DNA from: Phycisphaera sp.
GTDB lineage: Bacteria; Planctomycetota; Phycisphaerae; Phycisphaerales; Zrk34
DNA length: 64,000 nt
Direction of reading: 5' to 3'
Assembly (NCBI GenBank): GCA_016125285.1
Contig: WGMA01000016.1
Span: forward strand, 1-64,000
In this document: piece after piece, positions 7,955 through 18,741 of the stretch
How positions within the stretch are numbered: the first letter of the stretch is position 1
Layout of the letters: each line of letters starts with the position of its first letter
Position numbers and translations under genes: made by a program
The notes under the pieces: generated by a model
The model's input: only the letters and a program-made list of their open reading frames with translations
Told to the model about the DNA's origin: nothing
Databases searched by the model: none

Positions 7955-10120
7955 TCAGAACAGCTTGTTGGGGTTCTCCGCGGCCTTCATCGCGTCGTCC
8001 TTCGTGATCACCCCGGACTGCGCCAGCTCCTTGAGCGAATCGTCCATCAGCTTCTGGCCCTGCTTGCGTCCGGTCTGCATGACCGACGGCAGCTGGAACG
8101 TCTTGGAGTCGCGCACGAGGTTGGACACGGCGGTGTTGACGTAGAGCACCTCGAGCGCCGCGACGCGGCCGGAGCCGTCGGCCCTGCGGACGAGCTGCTG
8201 GGTGATGATGCCGCGCAACGCCTCGGAGAGCATCGTGCGGACCTGCGCCTGCTGGTCGGACGGGAACACGTCGACGATGCGGTCGATCGTGCGCGAGGCG
8301 GACTTGGTGTGCAGCGTGCCGATGACGAGGTGGCCCGTTTCGGCGGCGGTCATCGCGAGCGAGATGGTCTCGAGGTCGCGCATCTCGCCGATCATGATCA
8401 CGTCGGGGTCTTCACGCAGCGCGGCCTTGAGCGCCGCGGCGAAGGTCTTGGTGTGGATCGGCACCTGCCGCTGCGTGACGTTGCAGTTCTTGGACGGGTG
8501 GATGTACTCCACCGGGTCCTCGACGGTGATGATGTGGTCTTTGCGGTTGGAGTTGACCAGGTCGACCAGCGCCGCGGCGGTGGTCGACTTGCCGCAGCCG
8601 GCGGGCCCGGTCACGAGCACCAGGCCCTGCGTCCACTCGGTCAGGCGGCCGAGGCTGGCGGGCATGCCGAGGTCGTCGAGCGTGGGGATGGTCTTGGGGA
8701 TGATGCGGAAGATGATCGACGGGCCGCGGAACTGCATCAGCGCGTTGACGCGGCATCGGCCGAGTTCGTCGCCGCCGTCGAACGAGAAGTCGAGGTCGCG
8801 GTGGCGCAGGAACTGCTGCTGCTGTTCGTCGTCCATGAAGCCGAGCACCATGCGGCGGGCGCGGTCGGGCGTCAGCTGCGGGGCGTCGAAGAAGTTCAGC
8901 TCGCCGTTGTGGCGCATGAAGGGGCGCGACCCGGCGGTGAGGTGAAGGTCGCTGGCGCCGGCCTCCACCGCGGCCTGGAGAAACTGCCGCGCCTCGGGGT
9001 CCAGGTCGTTCGGCGCTACCTCGCACTCGACACGCGGCTTATCGTCGGCCGCCTCCGGCACGCCCACCTTTGACGCCAGCGGCGCGATCGGCTTGGGCGC
9101 CACGAGCTTCGGCCCCTCGGGCTTCGGACGCGCGTCCGGCGAGATCGACGCCGAGCTGTCGAAGACGATGATCTTCTCGGTCGGCTCGCTGTCGTCGAGG
9201 TCGATGGCGTCGAGGTCTTCCTCCTCGCGTTCGATCGACAGCAGGTTCTCCTCCGCTTCACCGACCATCCGCGTGTTGGCGTCCTCGGTGGTCTGCGAGG
9301 TCCACTCCATCTCGCCGACGCGCTTGCGTCGCGCGGCGCCTTCGGCTTCCTCTTCGTCGGTCAGGTCGATGTCGTAGTCGTCGCCGTCCTCGTCCTGCAG
9401 CTCGACGACATCGGCGTCTTCCTCGAGGGCGTCCATGCTGATCGCGCTGCCGCCGGGCGCGGACGGCGCGGCGGTGGGCGGCGGCGGTGGGGGGGCCTTG
9501 GGCTTCGGCGGTGGCGGCGGTGCGGGATCGTCCTCAAGGGCGTCCATGCTGATGGCGCTGCCGCCGGGCTTGGGGGGCGCGGTCGGCGGGGGAGGCGGCG
9601 CGGCGGCCTTCCGGGGCGGAGGCGGCGCGCTGGCCTGCGGCGCGGGCGCGGCGTTGTCCGGCCACTTGCCGAGGATCAGGCGGAGCCGAGCCTTGATGTT
9701 GTTCGCCATGTCCTCCCGGACGTAGCCCTTGTCGATCAGGATCTTGTCGATCGGCACGCCGGCGTTCTGCTTCTGCAGCTGTTCACACTCGGCCCACTGA
9801 TCCTTGCTGATGACCTTGCTCTGCAGCAGCATCATCTTCAGGACCTCGACCTTCGCCGCGGAGCGCAGCTGGACGATGGTCTTTTCATCGGCCAGGCCGT
9901 TGTTGTGCAGGATCGTCTCGATCTGGATCTTCGCCCCGGCGTCGTTGTACGCCTTGTGGATCGCGTCCCAGACCGGTCGTTCGAGAATCTTGTATTTCAG
10001 CAGGACGTGCTGCCAGACCTGTGCGCGCGTCGCGGCAAGGGCGGCCTGTTCACGTTTCAAGCTTTCAGGAGAGGGACTCAAATCCGCTTCCTTTGAATCA
10101 CCACCGGCCCGAGCGTTCAC
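7955..10120 (-). CDS. PilT-family ATPase paralog with extended N-terminal GspE_N/MshEN-like repeats and a duplicated Pro-rich acidic linker
   Basis: 721 aa. The C-terminus is near-identical in motifs to the previous gene. The N-terminus contains 'VISKDQWAECEQLQKQNAGVPIDKILIDKGYV'. The linker has duplicated 'PPPP..GGSAISMDALE(D/E)D' segments. Confidence 0.85.
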   Translation of the reverse strand: MNARAGGDSKEADLSPSPESLKREQAALAATRAQVWQHVLLKYKILERPVWDAIHKAYNDAGAKIQIETILHNNGLADEKTIVQLRSAAKVEVLKMMLLQSKVISKDQWAECEQLQKQNAGVPIDKILIDKGYVREDMANNIKARLRLILGKWPDNAAPAPQASAPPPPRKAAAPPPPPTAPPKPGGSAISMDALEDDPAPPPPPKPKAPPPPPPTAAPSAPGGSAISMDALEEDADVVELQDEDGDDYDIDLTDEEEAEGAARRKRVGEMEWTSQTTEDANTRMVGEAEENLLSIEREEEDLDAIDLDDSEPTEKIIVFDSSASISPDARPKPEGPKLVAPKPIAPLASKVGVPEAADDKPRVECEVAPNDLDPEARQFLQAAVEAGASDLHLTAGSRPFMRHNGELNFFDAPQLTPDRARRMVLGFMDDEQQQQFLRHRDLDFSFDGGDELGRCRVNALMQFRGPSIIFRIIPKTIPTLDDLGMPASLGRLTEWTQGLVLVTGPAGCGKSTTAAALVDLVNSNRKDHIITVEDPVEYIHPSKNCNVTQRQVPIHTKTFAAALKAALREDPDVIMIGEMRDLETISLAMTAAETGHLVIGTLHTKSASRTIDRIVDVFPSDQQAQVRTMLSEALRGIITQQLVRRADGSGRVAALEVLYVNTAVSNLVRDSKTFQLPSVMQTGRKQGQKLMDDSLKELAQSGVITKDDAMKAAENPNKLF
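9416..9645. repeat. ~115-nt in-frame tandem duplication inside the pilT-like gene linker
   Basis: The unit tcctcgagggcgtccatgctgatcgcgctgccgccggg... is followed by tcctcaagggcgtccatgctgatggcgctgccgccggg..., read directly from the DNA. Confidence 0.8.
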
Positions 10121-10253
10121 CGCGGAAATGGCGCGTACGCAGTAACTTCCGCAGTATAGACACGCCCACGAATTGCGCCAAGGTGACCCGGCGGCCGCGA
10201 CGCCCCGTCGTAGACCGCCGGCCTCCCCGGTTTATGTCGAGCCTGCCGCAGCT

Positions 10254-11045
10254 TCAGAGCGGATCGCTCTCGTCGCCGCTGGAGGCCTCCTCGCCGCCGA
10301 GCTCTTCCTCGTGTGTCGAGCCGCCGTCCTCCTCGTCGTCGAGTTCCTCCTCGATGATCGAGTCCTTCTCGGTTTCGGTCGTGACGGCGGTGAACTCCAG
10401 CAGGCGGTTGATGCGGCGGCGGACCAGGAACAGCAGGGGCACGTGCGGGATGCGACGCAGCTCCTGCCGGCCGGTGGCGCTGTAGACGATCAGCGTGCCC
10501 GCGCCGCACATCAGGAACTCCAGCAGGTCGGGGTACGTCGTGCGGACGCGCTTGGCGCCGCGGGCGAGCGAGTCGTCGGCCCGGCCGAACGCGTAGTGTT
10601 CAAACTCGTTGTGCGAGATCCGCCAGCGGTGGTTGATCCGCACCCACACCATCATGATCGCGAACGGGATCGCCAGCAGGATGCTCAGCGCCATGCCGAA
10701 CCCCCTGTCGTAGTGGGCGTTCAGGCCGTCGAAGAAGTCATACATCGCCTTGAAGACCATGATGTCGTACGCGTCGCTCAGCCAGCGTCCGGCGAAGAAC
10801 AGCAGGCCCGCGATCACGACCCACACGAACGCGTAGTTGCGCTCGACGTCGACGCTGATGGTCATGATGACCGCCAGCATGATGAGCAGGTAGGTCCACC
10901 CGATGAGCGGGATCTGCGGCAGGAAGTACAGCAGCGGCCCGGCGACGATCAGCGGCCACGTGAACAACAGTTTCGGGTAGGTGTAGAACGTGACCGCTTC
11001 GCGGTCCTTGCGGGGTTTGTGTCCTGCCATCGGATCGCTCCTCAT
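10254..11045 (-). CDS. Hypothetical polytopic membrane protein with acidic C-terminal tail
   Basis: Four to five hydrophobic helices are followed by an 'EEELDDEEDGG...EEELGGEEASSGDESD' tail. An alternative start at M6 would be 11030. Confidence 0.55.
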   Translation of the reverse strand: MRSDPMAGHKPRKDREAVTFYTYPKLLFTWPLIVAGPLLYFLPQIPLIGWTYLLIMLAVIMTISVDVERNYAFVWVVIAGLLFFAGRWLSDAYDIMVFKAMYDFFDGLNAHYDRGFGMALSILLAIPFAIMMVWVRINHRWRISHNEFEHYAFGRADDSLARGAKRVRTTYPDLLEFLMCGAGTLIVYSATGRQELRRIPHVPLLFLVRRRINRLLEFTAVTTETEKDSIIEEELDDEEDGGSTHEEELGGEEASSGDESDPL

Positions 11046-11220
11046 GAGTGAGGGACTCGCCGGTTGCGCGGGGCGCTCGGCGGGGGGTTCACGTGGCCTG
11101 TGTTATCGATCGATCGTCGCCACAGGTCAAATCCACAACGTGTGTTTGTGATGATTTTAGGTTGGCGGGGGGTGGCGTCGACGGCAAAAGGCCTACGCGG
11201 ATTCACGAACGTGGCAAGGC

Positions 11221-14200
11221 TCAGCCCGACCCGTCCGGCGGACGCCGACGCTCCACCAGCTGACGCAGCTGCGGGATCAGCCGCCTGAGCAGGTCCAGCA
11301 GGTGTTCGATCGACTCGGGGTGCTCGACGACGGCGTGTTCGTCGGCCTCGATGCTGCGGCTCACCGCCTCGGCCTCCTTCGACCCGAAGATGCCCAGCGA
11401 CCCCGCCAGCCGATGCACGAGGCGGTGAACCGACTCGGTGTCGCCGTCTTGCACCGCCCGGCGCAGGTCGTCCGAAACCGCTTCGCTCTCCTTCGCAAAC
11501 AGCTCGACGATCTCGGTCAGCAGCCCGTGGTCGTCACCGGTGCGGTCGAGCACCTCGTTGAGGTCGTAGAGCACGGCGCCGTCACCGTCGCCGTCACGGT
11601 CGTCTCGCCCCGTGCCGCTGGTCGACCTGTCCCGGTCGCCCCGAGTGGTGTTCGTCGGATCGTCGGGTTCGCTCGTCACGCTGCGCGCCAGGGCGTCGCG
11701 CAGCGTGTCGCGCCGGATCGGCTTGGACAGGTAGTCGTCCATGCCCGCGTCGATGCACCGCTCGCGGTCTCCGGCCATGGCGTGTGCGGTCATCGCGATG
11801 ATCGGGACGTGCTCGCCGGTCTGACGCTCGGCGACGCGGATGCGACGCGTGGCCTCGAGGCCGTCCATCTCCGGCATCTGCACGTCCATCAGCACCACGT
11901 CGTAGCGCGTCGCGCCGCGCAGCGCCGCCAGCGCCTGTCGGCCGTTGCCCGCGACCGACACGCGATGGCCCTCGCGCTCCAGCAGGTGCGTCGCGACGAC
12001 CTGGTTGGTCACGCCGTCTTCCACGAGCAGGATGTTGAGCGAGCGCACCGCCGCGTCGCGCCCGGTCTCGTGTGACGTGGGGGCCTGGAGCTCCAGCGTT
12101 TCGGCGATCGCGTCAAACAGCTCGGACTGTTTGACGGGCTTGATGAGGTACCGACGGATGCCGACCTGCGCGAGGCTCGCGGTGTCGGCGAAGCGATGTG
12201 CGGAGGACAGCATGATCAGCCGCGTGCCGCGCAGGTTCGGCGTGTCCTTGATCCGGCGCGCCAGATCGAAGCCGTCCATGCCGGGCATCATCGCGTCGAG
12301 CAGCGCCAGCGGGTAGGGATCACCGGCCTCGGCGGCGCGGGTCAGCTCGGCCAGCGCCGCCGCACCATCGGCGACGACGGTTGGCGCCATGCCCCAGTTC
12401 TCCACCAACTGCTTGAGGATGCGGCGGTTGGTTACGCTGTCGTCGGCCAGCAGCAGCCGCACGCCGTCGAGCGACTCGTGCCGGTGGGCGGGTTGTTTGT
12501 CGGCGATCTCGAACGACGCGCTGAAGTGAAACGTGCTTCCCACGCCGACCGTGCTGACCACGCCGAGCTGCCCGCCCATCATCTCCACGAGCCGCCGCGA
12601 GATCGTCAACCCGAGTCCCGTGCCGCCGTAACGCCGCGTGGTCGACGAATCCGCCTGGGCGAACTCGTCGAAGATCCGCCCCAGGTGCTCGGGCGCGATG
12701 CCGATGCCCGTGTCGCGTACGGTGAACTTGAACGTCGCGTGATGGTCGTCGCGCGACTCGTTCGCCACGGTGACGACGATCTCGCCGCGCTCGGTGAACT
12801 TGATCGCGTTGCCGACGAGGTTGACCACGACCTGCGCCAGCCGCGGCGCGTCGCCGATCAGCACGTCGGGCACGTCCGGCGGGATGTCGTACGCCAGCTC
12901 CAGCTTCTTCTCCGACGCACGCGACCCGAGCATCTGCAGCGTGTTGCCCAGCAGGTCGCGCAGGCCGAACGGCTCGGCGTGCAGCTCGAACCGACCGGCC
13001 TCGATCTTCGACAGGTCCAGGATGTCGTTGATCAGGTCGAGCAGCGACATCGCCGAACGCTCGAGCATGTTCAGGTATTCCTTCTGAGCCTTGTCCAGGT
13101 CGCTGTCGCTCAGCAGCTGCGCCATGCCGATGATGCCGTTGATCGGCGTGCGGATCTCGTGGGACATGTTCGCCAGAAAATCGCTCTTGGCGCGGTTGGC
13201 CTGCTCCGCGGTGGTCTTGGCGATCTGGAGCTCCTGCGAGGCTCGCTCCATCGCCTCCTGCGCCTGCTTCATCGCGGTGATGTCGATCGAGTACATGATC
13301 ACGCCGCCGATCTCGCCGTCGGCGTCGCGCCACGGGCGCACCTCCCACATCAGCCACTGCACCGTGCCGTCGGGGCGCTCGAAGCGGTCCTCGTCGCAAG
13401 TCTCGGTCGCCCCCGCCAGGCAACGCTGGTGGATCTCCTTCCACCGGGCCGGCACCTCGGGGAACACGTCGTAGTGGCAACGCCCCTCCAGCGACCGCAG
13501 CGGCAGGCCGTAGTCCACCAGCCACTGCTCGGAGTGGCAGATGTAACACATGTCCCGGTCGAACATCGCCACGCCGACCGGCGCTTCCTTGACGAACTGC
13601 TCGAGCGTGTCGGCGGTCGCCCGAAGCTCCTGCTCGGCCTGGACGCGCTTGGTGATGTCCGTCGCGATCCCCGCCACCGCGTAGATCTTCCCCTCGTCGT
13701 CGCGCAGCGGGAACTTCAGCGACAGGTAATTCCGGAGCCCGTCGTCGTGCGGCATCGTCAGCTCGGACTGGATCGTCTGCCCGTTCGCCGCGACCTGCTG
13801 GTCCACCAGGAACGCCTCGGCCAGCTCCGCGCGGAACAGGTCCCGCGCCCGGCGGCCGTGCACCTGGACGTTGGTCAGCCCGAACACACGCTCGAACTGC
13901 CTGTTTACGAGCGTGAAGCCGTGGTCGAGGCTCTTGATGTAGACCACCGCCGGCATGAAGTCGATGATCGCCTTGAGCTGCTGCTCGCTGCGGGTGCGGT
14001 CGGCCAGCGCCTGCTTCTGCGCCGTGATGTCCATGATCACGCCGTCCAGCCAGCCGACCTCGCCCGTCAGGTCGTCGTGGATCGCCTGTCCCGACTCGCC
14101 GACCCAGCGGATCGAGCCGTCGGCGTGGACGATGCGGTACTCCATCGAGTAGGGCTCGTCGCGGTCGACGTGCTCGCGCACGATGCGGTCGACGCGGTCG

Positions 14201-15471
14201 GTGTCGTCGGGGTGGATGACGCTCTCGAAGGATCGCACGCGGTTCGACACGAAGTCGGACGCGGGGTAGCCGGTGATCTGCTCGATGCGGTCGCTGAGGT
14301 AACGCATCGTCCATTCTTCATCGAGGTCGCAGCGGTAGACCGCGCCGGGAATGTTGTCGACGAGCGTGCGGTACTGCCGCTCGGATCCGGTCAACGCCTC
14401 CTGCGCGACGCGGCGTTCGGCGGCTTCGCGTGTCGCCTCCGCGGCCTTCTGCTCGGCCTCGGTGCGCGCGGCGACGACCGCGGACTGCTGGCGGTGGAGG
14501 AACCCCGCGACGATCAGGCCGCCGATCGCCACGACCAGCCCCGCGACGATCACCTCGATCAGCGCCTCCCGCAGCGGCGCGTACGCCAGCGCCTCGGGCT
14601 GCTGGGCGACCACCGTCCACCGCTGCCGCGCGTAGGTCACGGGCATGAAGCTCGCCAGCACCGGCTCGTCGAGCCGCGGGTCGACGTAAGTGAGCGTGGC
14701 GCTCTTGCCGAGCGACGCCTGGATCTTCGGTTGCGTCGCGTACACGTCGTTCAGCAGCCGCGGGTCGCTCTCGTCGGGCGCGATCGCCGAGTGCCCGATC
14801 ACCAGGCCGCGCCGATCCAGCAGGATCACCTGCACGCCCTCGGCGATCGGCAGGTCAGACAGACGACGCGTGAACGTGTCGAGCCGGTACTGGTAGCACA
14901 GCACGCCGTGCACGCCCTCGTCGTCACGCACCGGCGTGGCGACGGTCACGACATAGGGCTGCGGCGCGGCGCGGCGCTGGTACGGCTCGGAGACGTACTG
15001 CGACCACTTCTCCGACACGCCGCGGAACCAGTCGCGATCGGAAAAGTCGACGTTGAGCGATTCGGGCGCCGCGGGGTAGTCGCACCACAGCACGCCCTTC
15101 TCGTCGGTCACGAACGCGCGGTCGACGTCGTCGTATGACTCGACGAGCGTCTGGAGCTTCGTGCGCAGCCCCGCGGCGTCGTGGCGGCTGACCATGTCAA
15201 TGAACTCGTCGGAGCCGGTGTAGATCGCCGCGTGCTGGCTGAGGTAGGACAGGTCGTTGGCGACGTACTGGCTCGTGAGCCGCGCCGCCGCCTCGCTCGC
15301 CGCCAGCGCCTGCGCGCGGATCGTGTGACTGACGATGACATACGCCGACCCGCACAACAGGAACACCGGCGCCATCAGCAGAACGACAAACACATAAAAC
15401 CACCGACGCGGACGGTTGTTGTCGCGTGTCTCGGCATCTCCACCACGTGCATTACCCTGCGTCTCTGACAA
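11221..15471 (-). CDS. Hybrid sensor histidine kinase/response regulator (periplasmic Cache-like sensor, multiple PAS, HisKA, HATPase_c, two REC, Hpt)
   Basis: 1416 aa. The H-box is '[17 protein letters not shown]' and the G2 box is '[19 protein letters not shown]'. The two receivers are '[12 protein letters not shown]...[13 protein letters not shown]' and '[11 protein letters not shown]...[14 protein letters not shown]'. The Hpt motif '[11 protein letters not shown]' is present. The N-terminal TM-sensor-TM region is followed by several PAS-like blocks. Confidence 0.9.
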   Translation of the reverse strand: MSETQGNARGGDAETRDNNRPRRWFYVFVVLLMAPVFLLCGSAYVIVSHTIRAQALAASEAAARLTSQYVANDLSYLSQHAAIYTGSDEFIDMVSRHDAAGLRTKLQTLVESYDDVDRAFVTDEKGVLWCDYPAAPESLNVDFSDRDWFRGVSEKWSQYVSEPYQRRAAPQPYVVTVATPVRDDEGVHGVLCYQYRLDTFTRRLSDLPIAEGVQVILLDRRGLVIGHSAIAPDESDPRLLNDVYATQPKIQASLGKSATLTYVDPRLDEPVLASFMPVTYARQRWTVVAQQPEALAYAPLREALIEVIVAGLVVAIGGLIVAGFLHRQQSAVVAARTEAEQKAAEATREAAERRVAQEALTGSERQYRTLVDNIPGAVYRCDLDEEWTMRYLSDRIEQITGYPASDFVSNRVRSFESVIHPDDTDRVDRIVREHVDRDEPYSMEYRIVHADGSIRWVGESGQAIHDDLTGEVGWLDGVIMDITAQKQALADRTRSEQQLKAIIDFMPAVVYIKSLDHGFTLVNRQFERVFGLTNVQVHGRRARDLFRAELAEAFLVDQQVAANGQTIQSELTMPHDDGLRNYLSLKFPLRDDEGKIYAVAGIATDITKRVQAEQELRATADTLEQFVKEAPVGVAMFDRDMCYICHSEQWLVDYGLPLRSLEGRCHYDVFPEVPARWKEIHQRCLAGATETCDEDRFERPDGTVQWLMWEVRPWRDADGEIGGVIMYSIDITAMKQAQEAMERASQELQIAKTTAEQANRAKSDFLANMSHEIRTPINGIIGMAQLLSDSDLDKAQKEYLNMLERSAMSLLDLINDILDLSKIEAGRFELHAEPFGLRDLLGNTLQMLGSRASEKKLELAYDIPPDVPDVLIGDAPRLAQVVVNLVGNAIKFTERGEIVVTVANESRDDHHATFKFTVRDTGIGIAPEHLGRIFDEFAQADSSTTRRYGGTGLGLTISRRLVEMMGGQLGVVSTVGVGSTFHFSASFEIADKQPAHRHESLDGVRLLLADDSVTNRRILKQLVENWGMAPTVVADGAAALAELTRAAEAGDPYPLALLDAMMPGMDGFDLARRIKDTPNLRGTRLIMLSSAHRFADTASLAQVGIRRYLIKPVKQSELFDAIAETLELQAPTSHETGRDAAVRSLNILLVEDGVTNQVVATHLLEREGHRVSVAGNGRQALAALRGATRYDVVLMDVQMPEMDGLEATRRIRVAERQTGEHVPIIAMTAHAMAGDRERCIDAGMDDYLSKPIRRDTLRDALARSVTSEPDDPTNTTRGDRDRSTSGTGRDDRDGDGDGAVLYDLNEVLDRTGDDHGLLTEIVELFAKESEAVSDDLRRAVQDGDTESVHRLVHRLAGSLGIFGSKEAEAVSRSIEADEHAVVEHPESIEHLLDLLRRLIPQLRQLVERRRPPDGSG

Positions 15472-15675
15472 TCGCCATACCCCCAGGCGAGTACTCCCCC
15501 ATGGTCGACCGGATCACAGTTGTGTCCGACGGACCCCGATACGAATAGACCTGCTCCCATTCAGGATATAGACGCGCGTCGTCGCAGACAATCGTGGGGA
15601 ATGTCCTTTTGAATTTATTAAGGCGTCAATATGCACAGCAATCTCCTGCAATCGCGCAGCCGTGACCCGCGGCCC

Positions 15676-16710
15676 TCAGCCGTGAATCGCTTCGCCGCCG
15701 ACGTCAGCCAGCTCGTTGTATATCTCCGCGAACACGTCCTGGGCGTCGTTGAACGCCTCAACGATGTCGGGGTCAAAGTGCTTGCCCGACTCGGTATTGA
15801 TGATCTGGCACGCCCGGGCGTGATCGACCTCATCCTTGTACACACGCTTGGAGCGGATCACGTCGTACGCGTCGGCGAGGGCCACGATCCGAGCCGCCAG
15901 AGGAATGCCGGTCTTACGGTCGCGTCCGGCGCGTCCCTCCGGGTAGCCCGTGCCGTCGAACTTTTCATGATGCGACAACACCAGGTCCCGCGCCATCGAC
16001 AGGAACGACGCGGCGGGAAACCGTTTGATCGTCGTATCCAGCACCCGCGCCCCGCGCACGGTGTGCTTGGTCATGATCGCAAACTCCTCGGGTGTCAGCT
16101 GCCCGGGCTTGAACAGCACGCGGTCCGGCACCGTCACTTTGCCGATGTCGTAGAGCGGACAGACCTGCATCAGGATCAACCGGAACTCCGCCGTCACCTC
16201 GTTGATGTATCGCGGGTGCGTCGCCAACTCCTCGGCCAGCGTCATGCAGTACCGCCGCACGCGCTCGAGGTGGTTCGAGCCAGGCCAGTCACGCGCCCCG
16301 GCCAGCTTCGCCAGCGCGAACACCATCGCGTCCCACGACTCGGCCCGCGCGATCCGACGACCGGCGTTGAGCCGCAGCCGCAACTCGTCGTCGTTGAACG
16401 GCTTGATGATGTAATCGTCCGCCCCGGACTCCAGGCCAACCCGCACGTGGTCCGGATCGCGGTGACCCGTCAGCAGCACGATGTAGGTGTACGTGTGACT
16501 CTCCCGCGCGCGCACCGCCCGGCACAAGTCCACGCCGCTGACGCCCGGCATCTCCCAGTCCGCGAGGATCACGCGGAACGGGCGCGTGCGCAGAACCTCC
16601 AGCGCCTGGGCCCCGTGCTGCGCGACGGTGACCTTCCAGCCCCACTGCAGCAGCCTGGCCCGCAGCAGCGCGCGCGTCGTCGTGTCGTCATCAACGACCA
16701 GAATCTCCAC
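15676..16710 (-). CDS. Response regulator with HD-GYP domain (c-di-GMP phosphodiesterase, RpfG-like)
   Basis: The REC domain reads 'ILVVDDD...ILADWEMPGVSGVDL' with 'DDYIIKPF'. The HD-GYP domain shows 'HHEKFDGTGYP'. It lies immediately upstream of, and co-oriented with, the hybrid kinase. Confidence 0.9.
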   Translation of the reverse strand: MEILVVDDDTTTRALLRARLLQWGWKVTVAQHGAQALEVLRTRPFRVILADWEMPGVSGVDLCRAVRARESHTYTYIVLLTGHRDPDHVRVGLESGADDYIIKPFNDDELRLRLNAGRRIARAESWDAMVFALAKLAGARDWPGSNHLERVRRYCMTLAEELATHPRYINEVTAEFRLILMQVCPLYDIGKVTVPDRVLFKPGQLTPEEFAIMTKHTVRGARVLDTTIKRFPAASFLSMARDLVLSHHEKFDGTGYPEGRAGRDRKTGIPLAARIVALADAYDVIRSKRVYKDEVDHARACQIINTESGKHFDPDIVEAFNDAQDVFAEIYNELADVGGEAIHG

Positions 16711-16856
16711 GATACCCCCTTCCGAACAACACGTAGCCCTTTGATGTCCGAGGCTTTACTATAACCGCATTGGGCGGCGTCCGGGAAGAAAGGCGCGCAA
16801 AAAAGCCCGGGTCGTCGGACCCGGGCCTCGTTCGATATCCACCGTGTCGGGTCGTC

Positions 16857-18128
16857 CTACTGCTTGACGTCGAAGCAGAAGAACAGGTCCTGGTCACGCA
16901 GGTACAGCTTGCCGTCGCTGATCACCGGGTGGACCCAGATCTTGCCGCTCTTGCGGGGCTTGTTGGTCTTCGCGGGCAGATTGAGGCGGCCGTGCTCCTT
17001 CCAGCCGTCCTTGCTCGCCTCGATCAGCACGCACGTGCCGTCGCTCTCGCTGTACAGGTACAGCATGCCGTCGGCGTAGGTGCACGAGCCCTTGCCCAGG
17101 TCGCGCGAGCTCCAGATCATGTCGCCCGACATGAAATCCTGGCAGACCCACGCCGAGTCGTTGTGACCGTAGAGCTGCTCGCCCACGCGGACCACGCCGC
17201 CGTGGTGGTTCTTCATCGTCTTGTTGTCGTAGACGATCTCCGCGGACTTCGAGTCGTCGGCGATCTTGATCAGCATGCAGCCCTGGCCGTAACCCGACGT
17301 GATGTACACGTGACCGTTGTGGTAGATCGGCGTAGGGATCACCGCCGTCTTGCCGTGCCACGGCACCGACCAAAGCAGCTTGCCGTCCTTCGCGTCGATG
17401 CCGTTGACGCTTTCGACACGCAGCTTGACGTACTGACGCTTGCCGTTGTGATCGATGGCGATCAGCGACGAGTAGTGGCCCGCGTCCTTGAAGTTGTCCG
17501 ACTTCCAGATGATCTCGCCGGTCTTCTTGTTGAACGCGTAGCAGGGCCCGTTGCCGCCGGCGGTGGCGACCACCTGGTCGCCGTCCACGAGCGGCGACTG
17601 CGTGTAGCCCCAGCCCTCGGTCTTGCCGCCGAGCTTGTTGAGGTCCTGCGTCCACAGGCTCTTGCCGCTCGTCGCGTCGATGCACGCCAGCTCGCCCTTC
17701 GAGCCCATGCAGTACGCCTTGCCGTCGTCGATCGTCGGCGTCGAACGCGGGCCGTCGCCCCAGTTGTTGTCGTAGTGCGAGCCGACCGGCGTCGACCAGA
17801 TCATCTTGCCGTTCGACGCGTCGAGGCAGTGCAGTTCCTCGCCGTTGCCGCGGTCGGACATGATGTAGATGCGCCCTCCGACGACCGACGGTCCCGCGTG
17901 CCCGATCCCCAGCGTGTCGATCTGCCACACGAGCTTCGGGCCGCCCTCGGGCCACTGCTTGAGCAGTCCGGTCTCCGACGAGCGGTCGGTGCGATCCGGC
18001 CCGCGCCACTGCGGCCAGTCCGCCGCCATCGCCGCCGACGCCAGCGCGAGCGCCGCGCCGGTGATGATCATGCTCGCCGTTCGCGTCGCCCACGGCGTCG
18101 CTACGTTCTTACCTCGCGCGTTGGTCAT
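16857..18128 (-). CDS. Secreted PQQ-like beta-propeller repeat protein (BamB/PQQ enzyme repeat family)
   Basis: It has a signal peptide 'IITGAALALASAAMAADWPQWRGP' and the 'WPQWRGP' PQQ-propeller hallmark. Repeated 'G..Y....DG.L.C.DA.TGK..W' units are present. Confidence 0.8.
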   Translation of the reverse strand: MTNARGKNVATPWATRTASMIITGAALALASAAMAADWPQWRGPDRTDRSSETGLLKQWPEGGPKLVWQIDTLGIGHAGPSVVGGRIYIMSDRGNGEELHCLDASNGKMIWSTPVGSHYDNNWGDGPRSTPTIDDGKAYCMGSKGELACIDATSGKSLWTQDLNKLGGKTEGWGYTQSPLVDGDQVVATAGGNGPCYAFNKKTGEIIWKSDNFKDAGHYSSLIAIDHNGKRQYVKLRVESVNGIDAKDGKLLWSVPWHGKTAVIPTPIYHNGHVYITSGYGQGCMLIKIADDSKSAEIVYDNKTMKNHHGGVVRVGEQLYGHNDSAWVCQDFMSGDMIWSSRDLGKGSCTYADGMLYLYSESDGTCVLIEASKDGWKEHGRLNLPAKTNKPRKSGKIWVHPVISDGKLYLRDQDLFFCFDVKQ

Positions 18129-18373
18129 GCTGCGTGTCCCTCATCAATCGTGTTGGTGGTGCGTGCCGGTTCCAAAGTGTCGGCAGATTATACCGTCGTC
18201 ATCGCCGCCGGGTTCGAGTATTCATAGGCGAAAGGGGTTTTTGGTCAGATGCTTTACATGCGGTGGGCTGGGGTTGATACTGAACAGGTCCACATGGGGC
18301 CGGCGATCCACTCGACGCGCCCCCGTTCCGTGGTTCACAACGTCCTGTCCAACCGCCCAAAAGGGGGTCGCAC

Positions 18374-18625
18374 GTGCGTTGGCTTTGTCGATTCCTGACC
18401 GTCACGATCATGATCCTGCTGTCGAGTGCGCCGCTTCTGGCGCAGGAACCGGGCAAGGGTGAACGCGTCGTGGTCGATAGCGGACTGGGCACCGGCGGCA
18501 AGGCCGCGCTGATCATCTTTATCATTCTCGGCATCGCCGTGGTCGTCATGGGGATTCTGCTGTGGACCAGCGGCCAGAGCCGGCGCACCCGCGCGATGAA
18601 CCGCACGGGTATCCGGCGGTATTGA
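18374..18625 (+). CDS. Small secreted/membrane protein (hypothetical)
   Basis: A GTG start is preceded by AAGGGGG at 18361-18367. The protein has a signal-like N-terminus and one TM helix 'AALIIFIILGIAVVVMGILLW'. A shadow ORF on the minus strand overlaps it. Confidence 0.4.
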   Translation: MRWLCRFLTVTIMILLSSAPLLAQEPGKGERVVVDSGLGTGGKAALIIFIILGIAVVVMGILLWTSGQSRRTRAMNRTGIRRY

Positions 18626-18741
18626 CTTCGCGGTCACGTCTCGCGGCGGCCCTTGCTGTACACCGCCGCCCGATTGTTAGAATATGTTGCACGTCCAAAC
18701 GCGTACGGGTCCCGTCTTTCAGCCCTGAGGCACCGCATCGC

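Noticed and set aside
9416-9645. CRISPR-like or minisatellite interpretation of the GC-rich direct repeat
   Set aside because: It has only two units, both within a CDS and in frame, encoding a Pro-rich linker. There are no spacers and no cas genes.
12196-15138. 980-aa + strand ORF (and the 664-aa minus-strand alternative-frame ORF at 12320..14314) inside the hybrid kinase gene
   Set aside because: These are shadow or alternative-frame ORFs with Arg/Pro/Gly-rich nonsense translations. The HK frame has canonical H, N, G1 and G2 boxes.
15631-16764. 377-aa + strand ORF opposite the HD-GYP regulator
   Set aside because: The minus-strand frame encodes an unambiguous REC + HHExxDGxGYP protein. The plus frame has no motifs.
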